Of a stretch of DNA of 64,000 nucleotides, positions 36,960 to 45,932 are shown piece after piece. Positions within the stretch are counted from its first letter, which is position 1. Every line of letters begins with the position of its first letter. Source of the DNA: Mogibacterium sp. (GTDB taxonomy: Bacteria; Bacillota; Clostridia; Peptostreptococcales; Anaerovoracaceae); contig JAFRCS010000006.1 of NCBI GenBank assembly GCA_017404265.1, positions 125,502 through 189,501 of the forward strand, in the 5' to 3' direction. The notes under the pieces are model-generated. The model searched no databases, was not told the origin of the DNA, and worked only from the letters and a program-made list of their open reading frames with translations. Both the position numbers and the translations under genes were made by a program.

Positions 36960-39063
36960 TAATCCGAAATTGATTCTGAGCATCGGGATATCTTTTCTGA
37001 GTGCAGCGCTCTTAATAGTAGTACTGTTCTTCTATCCGGGCGGAAGCGTAAGGATAAAAACGATTTGTGCAGCGGCTTTATTCCTGATCCAGATACCTTC
37101 AACTTATTATCTGATCAATAAGGACAAGCCAAGATCGGTCACTCTTATTCGCAGAGGCGAAGAACTGTTCACGCCAAGCTGCATCATACTGGCGGTCACT
37201 AGCGGGCTGTTGATCCCGAGCGCAATTATAGGTGCTTCTGTAGAGGAGTTCATAGAATTATCGAGCTATATTTCACCATTCTGGTATATCATAAGCGCCT
37301 TAACGATCGCGTTCGGAGTGTTCATTGTGTGGTTCAGGGTGTTCTTTTCTCTTGCGAGCGAGCAGGGGAAAAAGGTTTTGGGCCTGTGCACCTGCATAGC
37401 GGCGGTTGTTTCAGTTGTGGATTACATGTTCTTCGGGAAAAATTACGGGAACATTTCATCATTGCTGGTTTATGATAGCAAGCCTTCGATCAGCAATTCG
37501 GAATGGCTGCTGAATCTCCTGGTTATTACCGTTGCCGCGTTAGTTGTATTCGTGTTATCAAACAAGAAGACCGGCTTTGTGAGGCTGTTTGCTATAGTCA
37601 TGTGTACAGCGCTGCTGATAATGGGTGTCTTAAATTGTGTAAACATCAGCTCTACTCTGAATAAATCAAAAGACAGCATAACGGCTGCTACACAGGAAGA
37701 GCCCGAACTAAGACTCAGCAAGACCGGTAACAATGTCATTGTAATAATGCTGGACAGAGCGTGCGGCTACTACCTTCCGTATCTGTTGAACGAAAACCCG
37801 GAAATAGGAGAGATTCTTCAAGGATTTACTTTCTATCCAAATACGGTCTCATATGGACAGGTCACCAATGTGGGTTCTCCCGGGCTGTACGGAGGATATG
37901 AATACACTCCGGAAAAAATAAACGAGAGAGATACGGAAACACTGGCGAGCAAGCAGAATGAGGCTTTAAGGGTGATGCCGTACATCTTTGATGATAATGA
38001 TTACGATGTCACGGTATGCGACCCGTCATACGCGGGATATAAATGGATCCCGGATCTGACGATATATGATGAGCGGCCGGAGATCCATAAATACATTACA
38101 AACGGGAAATTCTCGGCAGAGGAATATGGTTACTATGCCGCGGGAGGTCAGAAGAACGCTATCAGAAAAAGGAATCTTTTCTGCTACAGCATTTTCAGAA
38201 TGGCGCCGATCATTTTCCAGCCTACATTGTATTCAAGCGGAAGCTATAACGGAACGATCACTGATGAAAGCAGCGGACTTCAGATCAGAAACGGTTCTCT
38301 GACTGCCGAAGGCTATAACAACGCTTTTATGAGTCCGTACGCAACGCTTTGCAATCTGTCAGAGATCTCCACGCTGACTGATAACAATAACGGCGCCTTT
38401 GTTATGATGAGCAATGATACTACTCATGAGCCGCAGCTGCTGCAGGAGCCGGATTATGTTCCAAGCATCGTGGTCGACAACACGAAGTTCGAGACAGACG
38501 GATTCAACAGGACTGACGCCGATGGGAACGAGATAAACATAGGAGAGGAAACAAGCATGATCCATTACCATGCCGATATGGCGGCACTGCTGAAGCTGGG
38601 GGAATGGTTCGAATGGATGAAGAAAAATGACATATATGATAATACCAGGATCATCCTTGTTTCAGACCACGCCAGAGCTTTAGTAGGGGATGAGATCATG
38701 CCGGTGGATGCCGATGGAGGCGGAGTCGCGGAGGACAGAGAACTGGATATGTTCTCATTCAACGCGCTGCTGCTGGTAAAGGACTTTAATTCCAATGATC
38801 CTCTTAAGATCGACAACAGCTTTATGACAAACGCGGATACGCCGATAATCGCGACCGAAGGCCTGGTCGATGATCCGAAGAACCCGTCAACAGGCCGCTC
38901 GTTAAAAGATGAGGTAAGCAAAGACGGCACACTGGATCTCATATACACATATGACTGGACAGTTGAAAAAGAAAAGGGGTGCGTGTTCCAGCCAAGCTAT
39001 TGGTTCTCTGTTCATGATGACATATTTGAGAGAGAGAACTGGAATTATCTGGGATATTATTAA
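36289..39063 (+). CDS. Fusion protein: YidC/Oxa1-like membrane module + polytopic linker + LtaS/sulfatase-like (alkaline-phosphatase superfamily) ectodomain, copy 1
   Basis: aa 1-222 align by eye with YidC (AIIMLSLAMNILVLPLYRR..., MMLQAYYRENDYKP, LLLEIPFFIAAYHFL, PAGLVFYWTLNNLFSLFKNIF). About 7 further TM helices follow. The ectodomain carries VIVIMLDRA, YGQVTNVGSPGLYGGYEY, MMSNDTTHEP and ILVSDHA. Confidence 0.8.
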   Translation: MTFGEIIYKILIGPLELFFEVVFEIANRQVSNPAYAIIMLSLAMNILVLPLYRRADAVQAEERDRENALAPWIKHIKKTFKGDERFMMLQAYYRENDYKPTDSLKGSISLLLEIPFFIAAYHFLSNLQTLRGVGFGPISDLGAPDALINIGGMSVNVLPILMTLINVISAAIYMKGFPLKSKIQMYGIAAIFLVFLYKSPAGLVFYWTLNNLFSLFKNIFYKIPNPKLILSIGISFLSAALLIVVLFFYPGGSVRIKTICAAALFLIQIPSTYYLINKDKPRSVTLIRRGEELFTPSCIILAVTSGLLIPSAIIGASVEEFIELSSYISPFWYIISALTIAFGVFIVWFRVFFSLASEQGKKVLGLCTCIAAVVSVVDYMFFGKNYGNISSLLVYDSKPSISNSEWLLNLLVITVAALVVFVLSNKKTGFVRLFAIVMCTALLIMGVLNCVNISSTLNKSKDSITAATQEEPELRLSKTGNNVIVIMLDRACGYYLPYLLNENPEIGEILQGFTFYPNTVSYGQVTNVGSPGLYGGYEYTPEKINERDTETLASKQNEALRVMPYIFDDNDYDVTVCDPSYAGYKWIPDLTIYDERPEIHKYITNGKFSAEEYGYYAAGGQKNAIRKRNLFCYSIFRMAPIIFQPTLYSSGSYNGTITDESSGLQIRNGSLTAEGYNNAFMSPYATLCNLSEISTLTDNNNGAFVMMSNDTTHEPQLLQEPDYVPSIVVDNTKFETDGFNRTDADGNEINIGEETSMIHYHADMAALLKLGEWFEWMKKNDIYDNTRIILVSDHARALVGDEIMPVDADGGGVAEDRELDMFSFNALLLVKDFNSNDPLKIDNSFMTNADTPIIATEGLVDDPKNPSTGRSLKDEVSKDGTLDLIYTYDWTVEKEKGCVFQPSYWFSVHDDIFERENWNYLGYY

Positions 39064-39064
39064 T

Positions 39065-39747
39065 TAAGGAACACGAATGACTTTTGGAGAAATAATATAC
39101 AAGATTCTAATAGGACCTCTTGAGCTGTTTTTTGAAGTCGTATTTCAGATAGCGAACAGACAGGTGAGCAACCCTGCCTATGCCATTATCATGCTGAGTC
39201 TCGCCATGAACATCCTGGTTCTGCCGCTTTACCGCAGAGCCGATGCCGTTCAGGCCGAGGAAAGAGACCGCGAGAACGCGCTGGCGCCGTGGATCAAGCA
39301 CATCAAGAAGACCTTCAAGGGCGATGAGCGATTCATGATGCTTCAGGCGTTTTACCGCGAGAATGATTACAAGCCTACGGATTCTCTGAAGGGCTCGATC
39401 TCGCTGCTGCTTGAGATACCGTTCTTCATCGCGGCATACCACTTTCTCTCGAACCTTCAGACTCTGAAGGGAGTAGGATTCGGTCCTATAAGCGACCTGG
39501 GAGCGCCTGACGCGCTGATCAATATCGGAGGGATGTCCGTGAACCTTCTTCCGATACTGATGACGCTCATAAACGTCATATCGGCGGCGATATACATGAA
39601 GGGATTCCCGCTCAAGAGCAAGATACAGATGTACGGCATAGCCGCCATCTTCCTTGTCTTCCTGTACAAGTCACCGGCGGGACTGGTATTCTACTGGACG
39701 CTGAACAATCTGTTCTCGCTGTTCAAGAACATCTTCTACAAGATACC
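39065..39747 (+). repeat. 683-bp direct repeat, copy B
   Basis: See copy A. Confidence 0.85.
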
Positions 39748-41866
39748 GAACGCGAAGACGGTGCTGTTCTACTGCGCGCTCGGCCTCACGACCCTGCTGC
39801 TGATACTCGTTCTCTTTGTACATCCTATGAAGAGCGCGAGGGCTCAGGTCATGGTAGTCGCGGTCCTTGTCGCGCTTACCGGAGCGATCATTCTGTCAAG
39901 AAAGGGATTCAAAACCGGGAAACTGCTTAACACCAAAGAGACGGATGTGCTGTTTACGGAAGGATCACTGCTGCTGGCGGTTCTTACCGGAGCGCTGATC
40001 CCAACGACTGTTATCGCGGATTCTCCGCTTGAGTTCATAGATGCAAGCAATTACACCTCGCCGCTGTGGTACTTCGCCGCAGCAATGTGCCTGGCCGTGG
40101 GAACTTTCATAGTCTGGTTCAGGATATTCTATTCGCTTGCGGACAACAGCGGAAAGAACATCTTCACGAAGCTGATGTGGGCGGGCTCTGCCATCTGTAT
40201 CGTAGACTATTTCTTCTTCGGTAAGGGGTACGGCAATTTCTCGTCTCAGCTTCAGTTCGATGAAGATATCAGGATACCGGTCAAGGAGATGGCGATCAAC
40301 CTTTTGGTGATCGCCGCGGTCATCGCCATAGCCCTGCTGATATGGAAGAAGCTGCCTGTAGTCAAGGCTGTATACGCCGCCGCCTGCATGGCGATCATCA
40401 TCATGTCGGTGATCAACATATTCGGCATCGCGCAGGCTCTGGCACCGGTCAAGTCGTTGGTCGCGAAGGCCAACGAGAGCAAGCCTGAGATATCGCTCAG
40501 CAAGAACGGCAACAATGTAGTCGTCCTCATGCTTGACAGAGCGGCGAGCATTTACGTACCGTATATTTTTGAAGAAAAGCCGGAACTCAAAGAGCAGTTC
40601 TCGGGTTTCACATATTATCCGAATACCGTAACTTACGGAACTTCAACCAATACCGGCGCGCCAGGACTCTACGGCGGATATGAGTACGTCCCTGCCGCGA
40701 TGAATGAGCGGCCGGAACTCACCATACCTGAGAAAAACGACGAAGCGCTGAAGGTCATGCCTGTGCTGTTCGATGAGAGCGGTGCCAGAGTAATGGTCGT
40801 CGATCCTACGTACGCGGGATACAGCTGGATACCGGACCTGACCATCTATGATGACTATCCGGAGATCAAAACATATATCTCGGAGGGCAAGTTCTCGATC
40901 GATGAATACAGTTTTGAGTCGTTCAGCGAGCTTACCAGAGAAACCAGAAAGAGAAACTTCTTCTGCTACAGCCTGTTCAAGGCGGCTCCACTTGTGCTGC
41001 AGCCGACGCTGTACGACCACGGCAGTTACAACAGCAGCGCTACCATAGAGACGGCGCAGAACAGCCAGGGAGTTAAGGCCGTCGCGCAGACCAGAACGGG
41101 CCTGTCCACCGCGGAAGGCTTCGAGGAGCGTTTTATGGACGCTTATGCCGTGCTGTATCACCTTCCGGATATCACAACGGTAGCGGATTCTGATCAGGAT
41201 TCCTTCCTGATGATGAGCAACAACACCACTCATCAGCCGACACTGCTTCAGGAACCTGAATACGTGCCTGCTGCAGTCGTGGACAATACTGAATTCGATG
41301 AGACGCACAAGGTCAGAAAGTCGTGGGATGGAGAAGAGCTGGCTTTCGTAAAAGACGCTCAGGTCACGCATTACCAGGTCAACATGGCGACTTTCCTGCA
41401 GCTCGGCAAGTGGTTTGACTACCTGAAAGAACAGGGAGTGTACGACAACACCAGGATCATTCTGGTATCTGACCATTCATGGGATCTCTGGCATAAGGAG
41501 AGAATCCTTCTGAAGGTGGATGTCAGGGGAACCGGCAATGAGAGATACTTCGACACGACAGCGCTCAACTGCCTGCTCATGGTAAAGGATTTTAACGCCG
41601 ACACTTTTACTGTAGACAATAAATTCATGACCAATGCCGATACGCCTTATCTGGCTATGGAGGGCGAAGTCGACGACATGGTCAATCCTTTCACGGGAAA
41701 TGAGATCAGAGAAGTGGCAGCGGGAGAAAAGGGCAAGGAAGTGATGTTCACGCATAACTGGCAGATCGACGACAATCAGGGGAACACATTCCTTCCGGAC
41801 AGGTGGTTCAGCGTACATGATAATATATTCAACGAAAATAACTGGGAATATCTTGGAGTCTATTAG
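39077..41866 (+). CDS. Fusion protein: YidC/Oxa1-like module + LtaS/sulfatase-like ectodomain, copy 2 (tandem paralogue)
   Basis: Same architecture as copy 1. The first 222 aa differ from copy 1 at only 4 residues. The ectodomain carries VVVLMLDRA, YGTSTNTGAPGLYGGYEY, MMSNNTTHQP and ILVSDHS. Confidence 0.8.
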   Translation: MTFGEIIYKILIGPLELFFEVVFQIANRQVSNPAYAIIMLSLAMNILVLPLYRRADAVQAEERDRENALAPWIKHIKKTFKGDERFMMLQAFYRENDYKPTDSLKGSISLLLEIPFFIAAYHFLSNLQTLKGVGFGPISDLGAPDALINIGGMSVNLLPILMTLINVISAAIYMKGFPLKSKIQMYGIAAIFLVFLYKSPAGLVFYWTLNNLFSLFKNIFYKIPNAKTVLFYCALGLTTLLLILVLFVHPMKSARAQVMVVAVLVALTGAIILSRKGFKTGKLLNTKETDVLFTEGSLLLAVLTGALIPTTVIADSPLEFIDASNYTSPLWYFAAAMCLAVGTFIVWFRIFYSLADNSGKNIFTKLMWAGSAICIVDYFFFGKGYGNFSSQLQFDEDIRIPVKEMAINLLVIAAVIAIALLIWKKLPVVKAVYAAACMAIIIMSVINIFGIAQALAPVKSLVAKANESKPEISLSKNGNNVVVLMLDRAASIYVPYIFEEKPELKEQFSGFTYYPNTVTYGTSTNTGAPGLYGGYEYVPAAMNERPELTIPEKNDEALKVMPVLFDESGARVMVVDPTYAGYSWIPDLTIYDDYPEIKTYISEGKFSIDEYSFESFSELTRETRKRNFFCYSLFKAAPLVLQPTLYDHGSYNSSATIETAQNSQGVKAVAQTRTGLSTAEGFEERFMDAYAVLYHLPDITTVADSDQDSFLMMSNNTTHQPTLLQEPEYVPAAVVDNTEFDETHKVRKSWDGEELAFVKDAQVTHYQVNMATFLQLGKWFDYLKEQGVYDNTRIILVSDHSWDLWHKERILLKVDVRGTGNERYFDTTALNCLLMVKDFNADTFTVDNKFMTNADTPYLAMEGEVDDMVNPFTGNEIREVAAGEKGKEVMFTHNWQIDDNQGNTFLPDRWFSVHDNIFNENNWEYLGVY

Positions 41867-41889
41867 CGGAGCATATCTGAGGTAACGAC

Positions 41890-44640
41890 ATGCGTAAAGG
41901 CAAGACAAACATCAAGAAAACGATCAAAAAGCTCGGTAAAAAAGCCATCATAAAAGGATACCGTGTCGGGGTAGTCAATGACGAGATCGTGACATCTGTT
42001 GACATGTCTGTTGGCAGAGCTGAAAACCTGAGGATAGGCGGCAAGAAGTATGAGGCAAGGAACAATACCGTTAAACTGCCATATACTGCTGAGACAATGG
42101 CCGGAATTCTTGCCGGCGGAATGTCTGCTGATCTGGTGATCGGAAACAGAAAAAGAACCGCGGCTATCGCGCGTTCGTTCATGGTAGTTGAAGACGAAAA
42201 GATCGTTATCGAAAACAGACAATACGGGTATGACCGCAACGATCTTATCAAGCTGTCGGACATCAGTATCGGAGATACAGGTCTTTCTTTCAGTTATAAG
42301 AGTGTCGCCGGACAGCCGGACAAGCTGACGTTCGTCGTCATGGATAAGGACTTCAGGACAAAAGCCGTTTCACCGGTACTTTCCGGAGAGAGAGGCTCAG
42401 TCACGCTGGAAGACGTCCGGGCTATAGGCCGTGATGAAAGGCTGCAGCTGTTTGCTCTGACAGAAAAGAAAGCGATCCCTGCCGTCGTCGGCATCGACCG
42501 GAAACCGGAAGGAGTGACAGTCAGACAGCTGAACAACAGAGTATATCTGGAAGGGGACGGTTCCGGCTCTTATACTTTCAAGGCAGACAGAAGGCTGGCA
42601 GTAAAACCGTTCACGACAAAGACAAAGACAGTCGAATTCGATATCGAATTCGAAAATGACGAAGTGTTCCTTACGGTAGACCTTAAGAAGGCAGCAAGGG
42701 TGGTGCTTTTATGGCATGATCTCAGAACAGGCAATGAAGATGAGATAGCGACGGTCACATCGTCAAAGCATTCACTCATCGCTCTTAAGCCACAACTGGA
42801 AAGGAAACTGGTCCCGTTTGAGAGATATGCTCTGAGATATAAGATCATACAGAAGGAGAAGATCACAGAAAGCGGTTTCGTGTATGCTGATCTGCCAAAG
42901 AAGAGACTGTATTCAGAAAATGTTGTGCTGTCACATAACGGCAACCGTATAATGCGCATGTCCAACAGGTCGCTGGTGCTCGAAAAAGAGGACAGCATCC
43001 TCAGTTACCCGGAGAAATATGCATATGACTTCTCGGCAAGCGGATTCAAAGCTCATGCGCAAAACATCCGCCTTGAGGGACATGATCTCTGCTTTGATCT
43101 GTCCCTGCAGTCGACACTGCTCAGGATATCGTCCGTGTCGGTTTATGTAAATGATAACTACAGGAAAGAGTCGCGCTTTATTGAGGATGTCGTGTTCGAT
43201 ATGCCTGAAATGAAAAAGGAACTGCCGGTAAGGATCGATATGGAGCAGCTCAGCGACTTTTCCTACAACAACAGCAGGATAGCATTATGGGCAGGCGTCA
43301 GATATGTGAACGGCTATAGCGAAGATGATTTCATCTGCGCCGTTCCGAGAGAATACGCGGCCCGCGAAAGATTTTTGTTCGATCACACGAAAGACGGAAT
43401 GTCTACTGAATTATACCTTGGAGAGAACCACTTCAACCTTAAGCTGTGGCACACCTCTGAGGAAGAGCTCAGAAAAGGCATCAACTATCAGGAAGGAAGG
43501 GAAGCTTACTTCAAAACAGTAAAGAGTGAAGATATAGACAACCATCTGATACTCTTCGAAACCAATCTCGGCAAGAATTACACCGGCAATCCGAAGTATC
43601 TGTATGAATATATGATCTCGCGGCCGGAATACAGCAAGTTCAAATATGTCTGGGTGTATCCGGACAAAGAGAACTGCCCTATCCCGGGCGATCCTGTCAT
43701 CGTAGAAAGAGGTACCTCTGAATATTTTCATTACCTCGCGAAGGCAAAGTACAGGATCAACAATATAAGATTCCCGATCATCCATAAGAGGGAAGGCTCG
43801 GTATACCTGAATACATGGCATGGAACTCCGCTGAAGAAGCTGGGCTTTGATATAGAATGTGAGGGTCCTGAGAAGCATGCCTTTGCCGCGCTGTATCAGG
43901 AGAGTCTCAACTGGGACTATATGACAGTCGATAACGATTACGGTGAAGAAAAACTGACAGGAGCGTTCCGCTTCGAGGGAAAAGTCATCAAGAAGGGCTA
44001 TCCTATCAACGATATCTACTTTGACGAGGACAGAAAAAAGAGAGTCTGCGAAAGGATAGAAAGGGATTACCCCGTCACCAAAGAGAAAAAGGTGATCCTG
44101 TATGCGCCGACATGGAGAGATCTCAAGGGAGATTATGTGCGAGGCTATGAATTCAGCCTGCCGTTCGACATCCGGAAACTATATGACGCATTCGGAGATG
44201 AGTATGTCATCATCGTAAAGCTGCACCATCTGATCGCTAACAACCTTGTCATAGATGAAAAGTATAAGGACTTTCTCATCAATGCCAGCGATGAAGAGGA
44301 CATCATGGAGCTTCTGTGCAAGACGGATATCCTGATCACGGACTATTCGAGCGTCTTCTATGATTTCGCCAGCGCGCGCAAGCCTATGCTCTTCTATATG
44401 TATGACCTTGAAGAGTACCTCAATGAAACGAGAGGCACGTATATCGACGTAAATGATCTGCCGGGAGAGATCATAAAGGATGATGAAGGTCTTATCAGAA
44501 ATATTCAAAGCATCAGAGATGGTAACTACCGCTATACAGCTCAGCTCAGGGCCTTCTGCAATGAATTCGCAAAATACTGCAAGGGAACTTCGTCCCGGGA
44601 CGTTCTGGAAGCTGTGATAGATAAGGAGGATCTTAAATGA
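41890..44640 (+). CDS. Large TagF/TarL-like CDP-glycerol/ribitol phosphotransferase with ~520-aa N-terminal extension of unknown function
   Basis: C-terminal half: NYTGNPKYLYEYM, LNTWHGTPLKKLG, ILYAPTWRD, ITDYSSVFYDFASARKPMLFYMYDLEEY. Confidence 0.8.
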   Translation: MRKGKTNIKKTIKKLGKKAIIKGYRVGVVNDEIVTSVDMSVGRAENLRIGGKKYEARNNTVKLPYTAETMAGILAGGMSADLVIGNRKRTAAIARSFMVVEDEKIVIENRQYGYDRNDLIKLSDISIGDTGLSFSYKSVAGQPDKLTFVVMDKDFRTKAVSPVLSGERGSVTLEDVRAIGRDERLQLFALTEKKAIPAVVGIDRKPEGVTVRQLNNRVYLEGDGSGSYTFKADRRLAVKPFTTKTKTVEFDIEFENDEVFLTVDLKKAARVVLLWHDLRTGNEDEIATVTSSKHSLIALKPQLERKLVPFERYALRYKIIQKEKITESGFVYADLPKKRLYSENVVLSHNGNRIMRMSNRSLVLEKEDSILSYPEKYAYDFSASGFKAHAQNIRLEGHDLCFDLSLQSTLLRISSVSVYVNDNYRKESRFIEDVVFDMPEMKKELPVRIDMEQLSDFSYNNSRIALWAGVRYVNGYSEDDFICAVPREYAARERFLFDHTKDGMSTELYLGENHFNLKLWHTSEEELRKGINYQEGREAYFKTVKSEDIDNHLILFETNLGKNYTGNPKYLYEYMISRPEYSKFKYVWVYPDKENCPIPGDPVIVERGTSEYFHYLAKAKYRINNIRFPIIHKREGSVYLNTWHGTPLKKLGFDIECEGPEKHAFAALYQESLNWDYMTVDNDYGEEKLTGAFRFEGKVIKKGYPINDIYFDEDRKKRVCERIERDYPVTKEKKVILYAPTWRDLKGDYVRGYEFSLPFDIRKLYDAFGDEYVIIVKLHHLIANNLVIDEKYKDFLINASDEEDIMELLCKTDILITDYSSVFYDFASARKPMLFYMYDLEEYLNETRGTYIDVNDLPGEIIKDDEGLIRNIQSIRDGNYRYTAQLRAFCNEFAKYCKGTSSRDVLEAVIDKEDLK

Positions 44641-45920
44641 TCAATGTTCTGGTTTTCCCTTGCGGCTCAGAGGTTGGCCTTGAGGTCAACGAAGCTCTGA
44701 AGAGAGACAAGCATGTCAGACTTTTCGGACTCAGCTCGGTGCCGTGCCACGGGAAATTCGTATTCGACAATTACATTGAGGGGATATCGTTCATCAGCAG
44801 CGACACGTTCATCGACGAACTCAACGCTGTGATCGATCAGTATGATATCGATGTGCTTATTCCGGCGTATGATGACGTGATCCTTTACCTGTCAGACAAC
44901 AGGGACAAACTGAACTGCAGGCTGGTGACTTCAGGAGCGGAGACCTGTCATGTCGCGCGGTCCAAGGGACGGACGTATCAGAAGCTGGAAGGCTGCGATT
45001 TTGTTCCGCGCGTATACAGTCCGGATGAGATCACTGGATCCGACCTGCCGCTTTTCGCGAAGCCTGACATAGGCCAGGGGTCGCAGGGGGCATTCAGGAT
45101 CGATACGCTTGATGACCTGCAGGTCATAAGAGACAGCGATGAAGAGTACTTGATATGCGAGCTCCTTCCGGGCAAAGAATATACTGTCGACTGCTTCACG
45201 GACATGGATGGTGAGATAATCAGCATGTCCATGAGAAGCAGAAACAGGATACGCAACGGTATCAGCGTCAATACTGCTTCGGTGCCGCTGACGGATGAGG
45301 TAAGAGCGATCGGCCGTGCCATCAACGAAAGGATCAGCTTTGACGGCGTCTGGTTTTTCCAGATCAAGAAGGCAGCCGACGGCAGATTCAAGCTTCTTGA
45401 GGTAGCGCCGAGAGTTGCCGGAAGCATGTCGCTCAGCAGGGTCAGAGGGTTCAACTATATCCTGAACTCCGTTTACCAGACCATGGGGGTAAAAGTCTCC
45501 GGCGTTGAGCACATGCTTGAGAAGATAGAAGAGGACAGAGCCCTTTCCAACAATTACAAACTGTTCCTGGATTACAGCACGGTCTACATTGACCTCGATG
45601 ATACACTTATCTTTAAGGACAAGGTCAATACGGAGGCGATGGCCTTTGTATATCAGTGTGTCAACAGCGGAAAGAAAGTAAAGATACTTTCCAGGCACGC
45701 GCGCAGAGAACAGGATACACTGGATAAGTTCAGGATAGATGAAAGGCTGTTTGACGAGATCATCCACGTAGAGGATGAAGAACTCAAGAGCAGTTATATA
45801 AAAGAAAAAGACGCGATCTTTATAGACGATTCCTTCAGGGAAAGAGCCGATGTCTCGCGGGTCAACGGGATCCTGGTATTTGACATCGACTGCATTCCGG
45901 CTCTGACAGAGAATCAATGA
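44637..45920 (+). CDS. ATP-grasp enzyme fused to a C-terminal HAD-like domain
   Basis: N-terminal pre-ATP-grasp/ATP-grasp features (MINVLVFPCGSEVGLEV, LPLFAKPDIGQGSQG, ELLPGKEYTVDCF, LLEVAPRVAGS). C-terminal DxDxT motif VYIDLDDTLIF and a later FIDDS. The start overlaps the upstream stop (ATGA). Confidence 0.7.
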   Translation: MINVLVFPCGSEVGLEVNEALKRDKHVRLFGLSSVPCHGKFVFDNYIEGISFISSDTFIDELNAVIDQYDIDVLIPAYDDVILYLSDNRDKLNCRLVTSGAETCHVARSKGRTYQKLEGCDFVPRVYSPDEITGSDLPLFAKPDIGQGSQGAFRIDTLDDLQVIRDSDEEYLICELLPGKEYTVDCFTDMDGEIISMSMRSRNRIRNGISVNTASVPLTDEVRAIGRAINERISFDGVWFFQIKKAADGRFKLLEVAPRVAGSMSLSRVRGFNYILNSVYQTMGVKVSGVEHMLEKIEEDRALSNNYKLFLDYSTVYIDLDDTLIFKDKVNTEAMAFVYQCVNSGKKVKILSRHARREQDTLDKFRIDERLFDEIIHVEDEELKSSYIKEKDAIFIDDSFRERADVSRVNGILVFDIDCIPALTENQ

Positions 45921-45932
45921 ACGGTGGGATAT

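Noticed and set aside
40643-41476. 277-aa minus-strand ORF antisense to the second YidC-LtaS fusion; similar ORFs at 28151..28930, 44931..45917, 46650..48158 and 53228..54040
   Set aside because: All overlap + strand genes that have clear family motifs. None has an RBS or a recognisable domain, and their composition is that of antisense translation.
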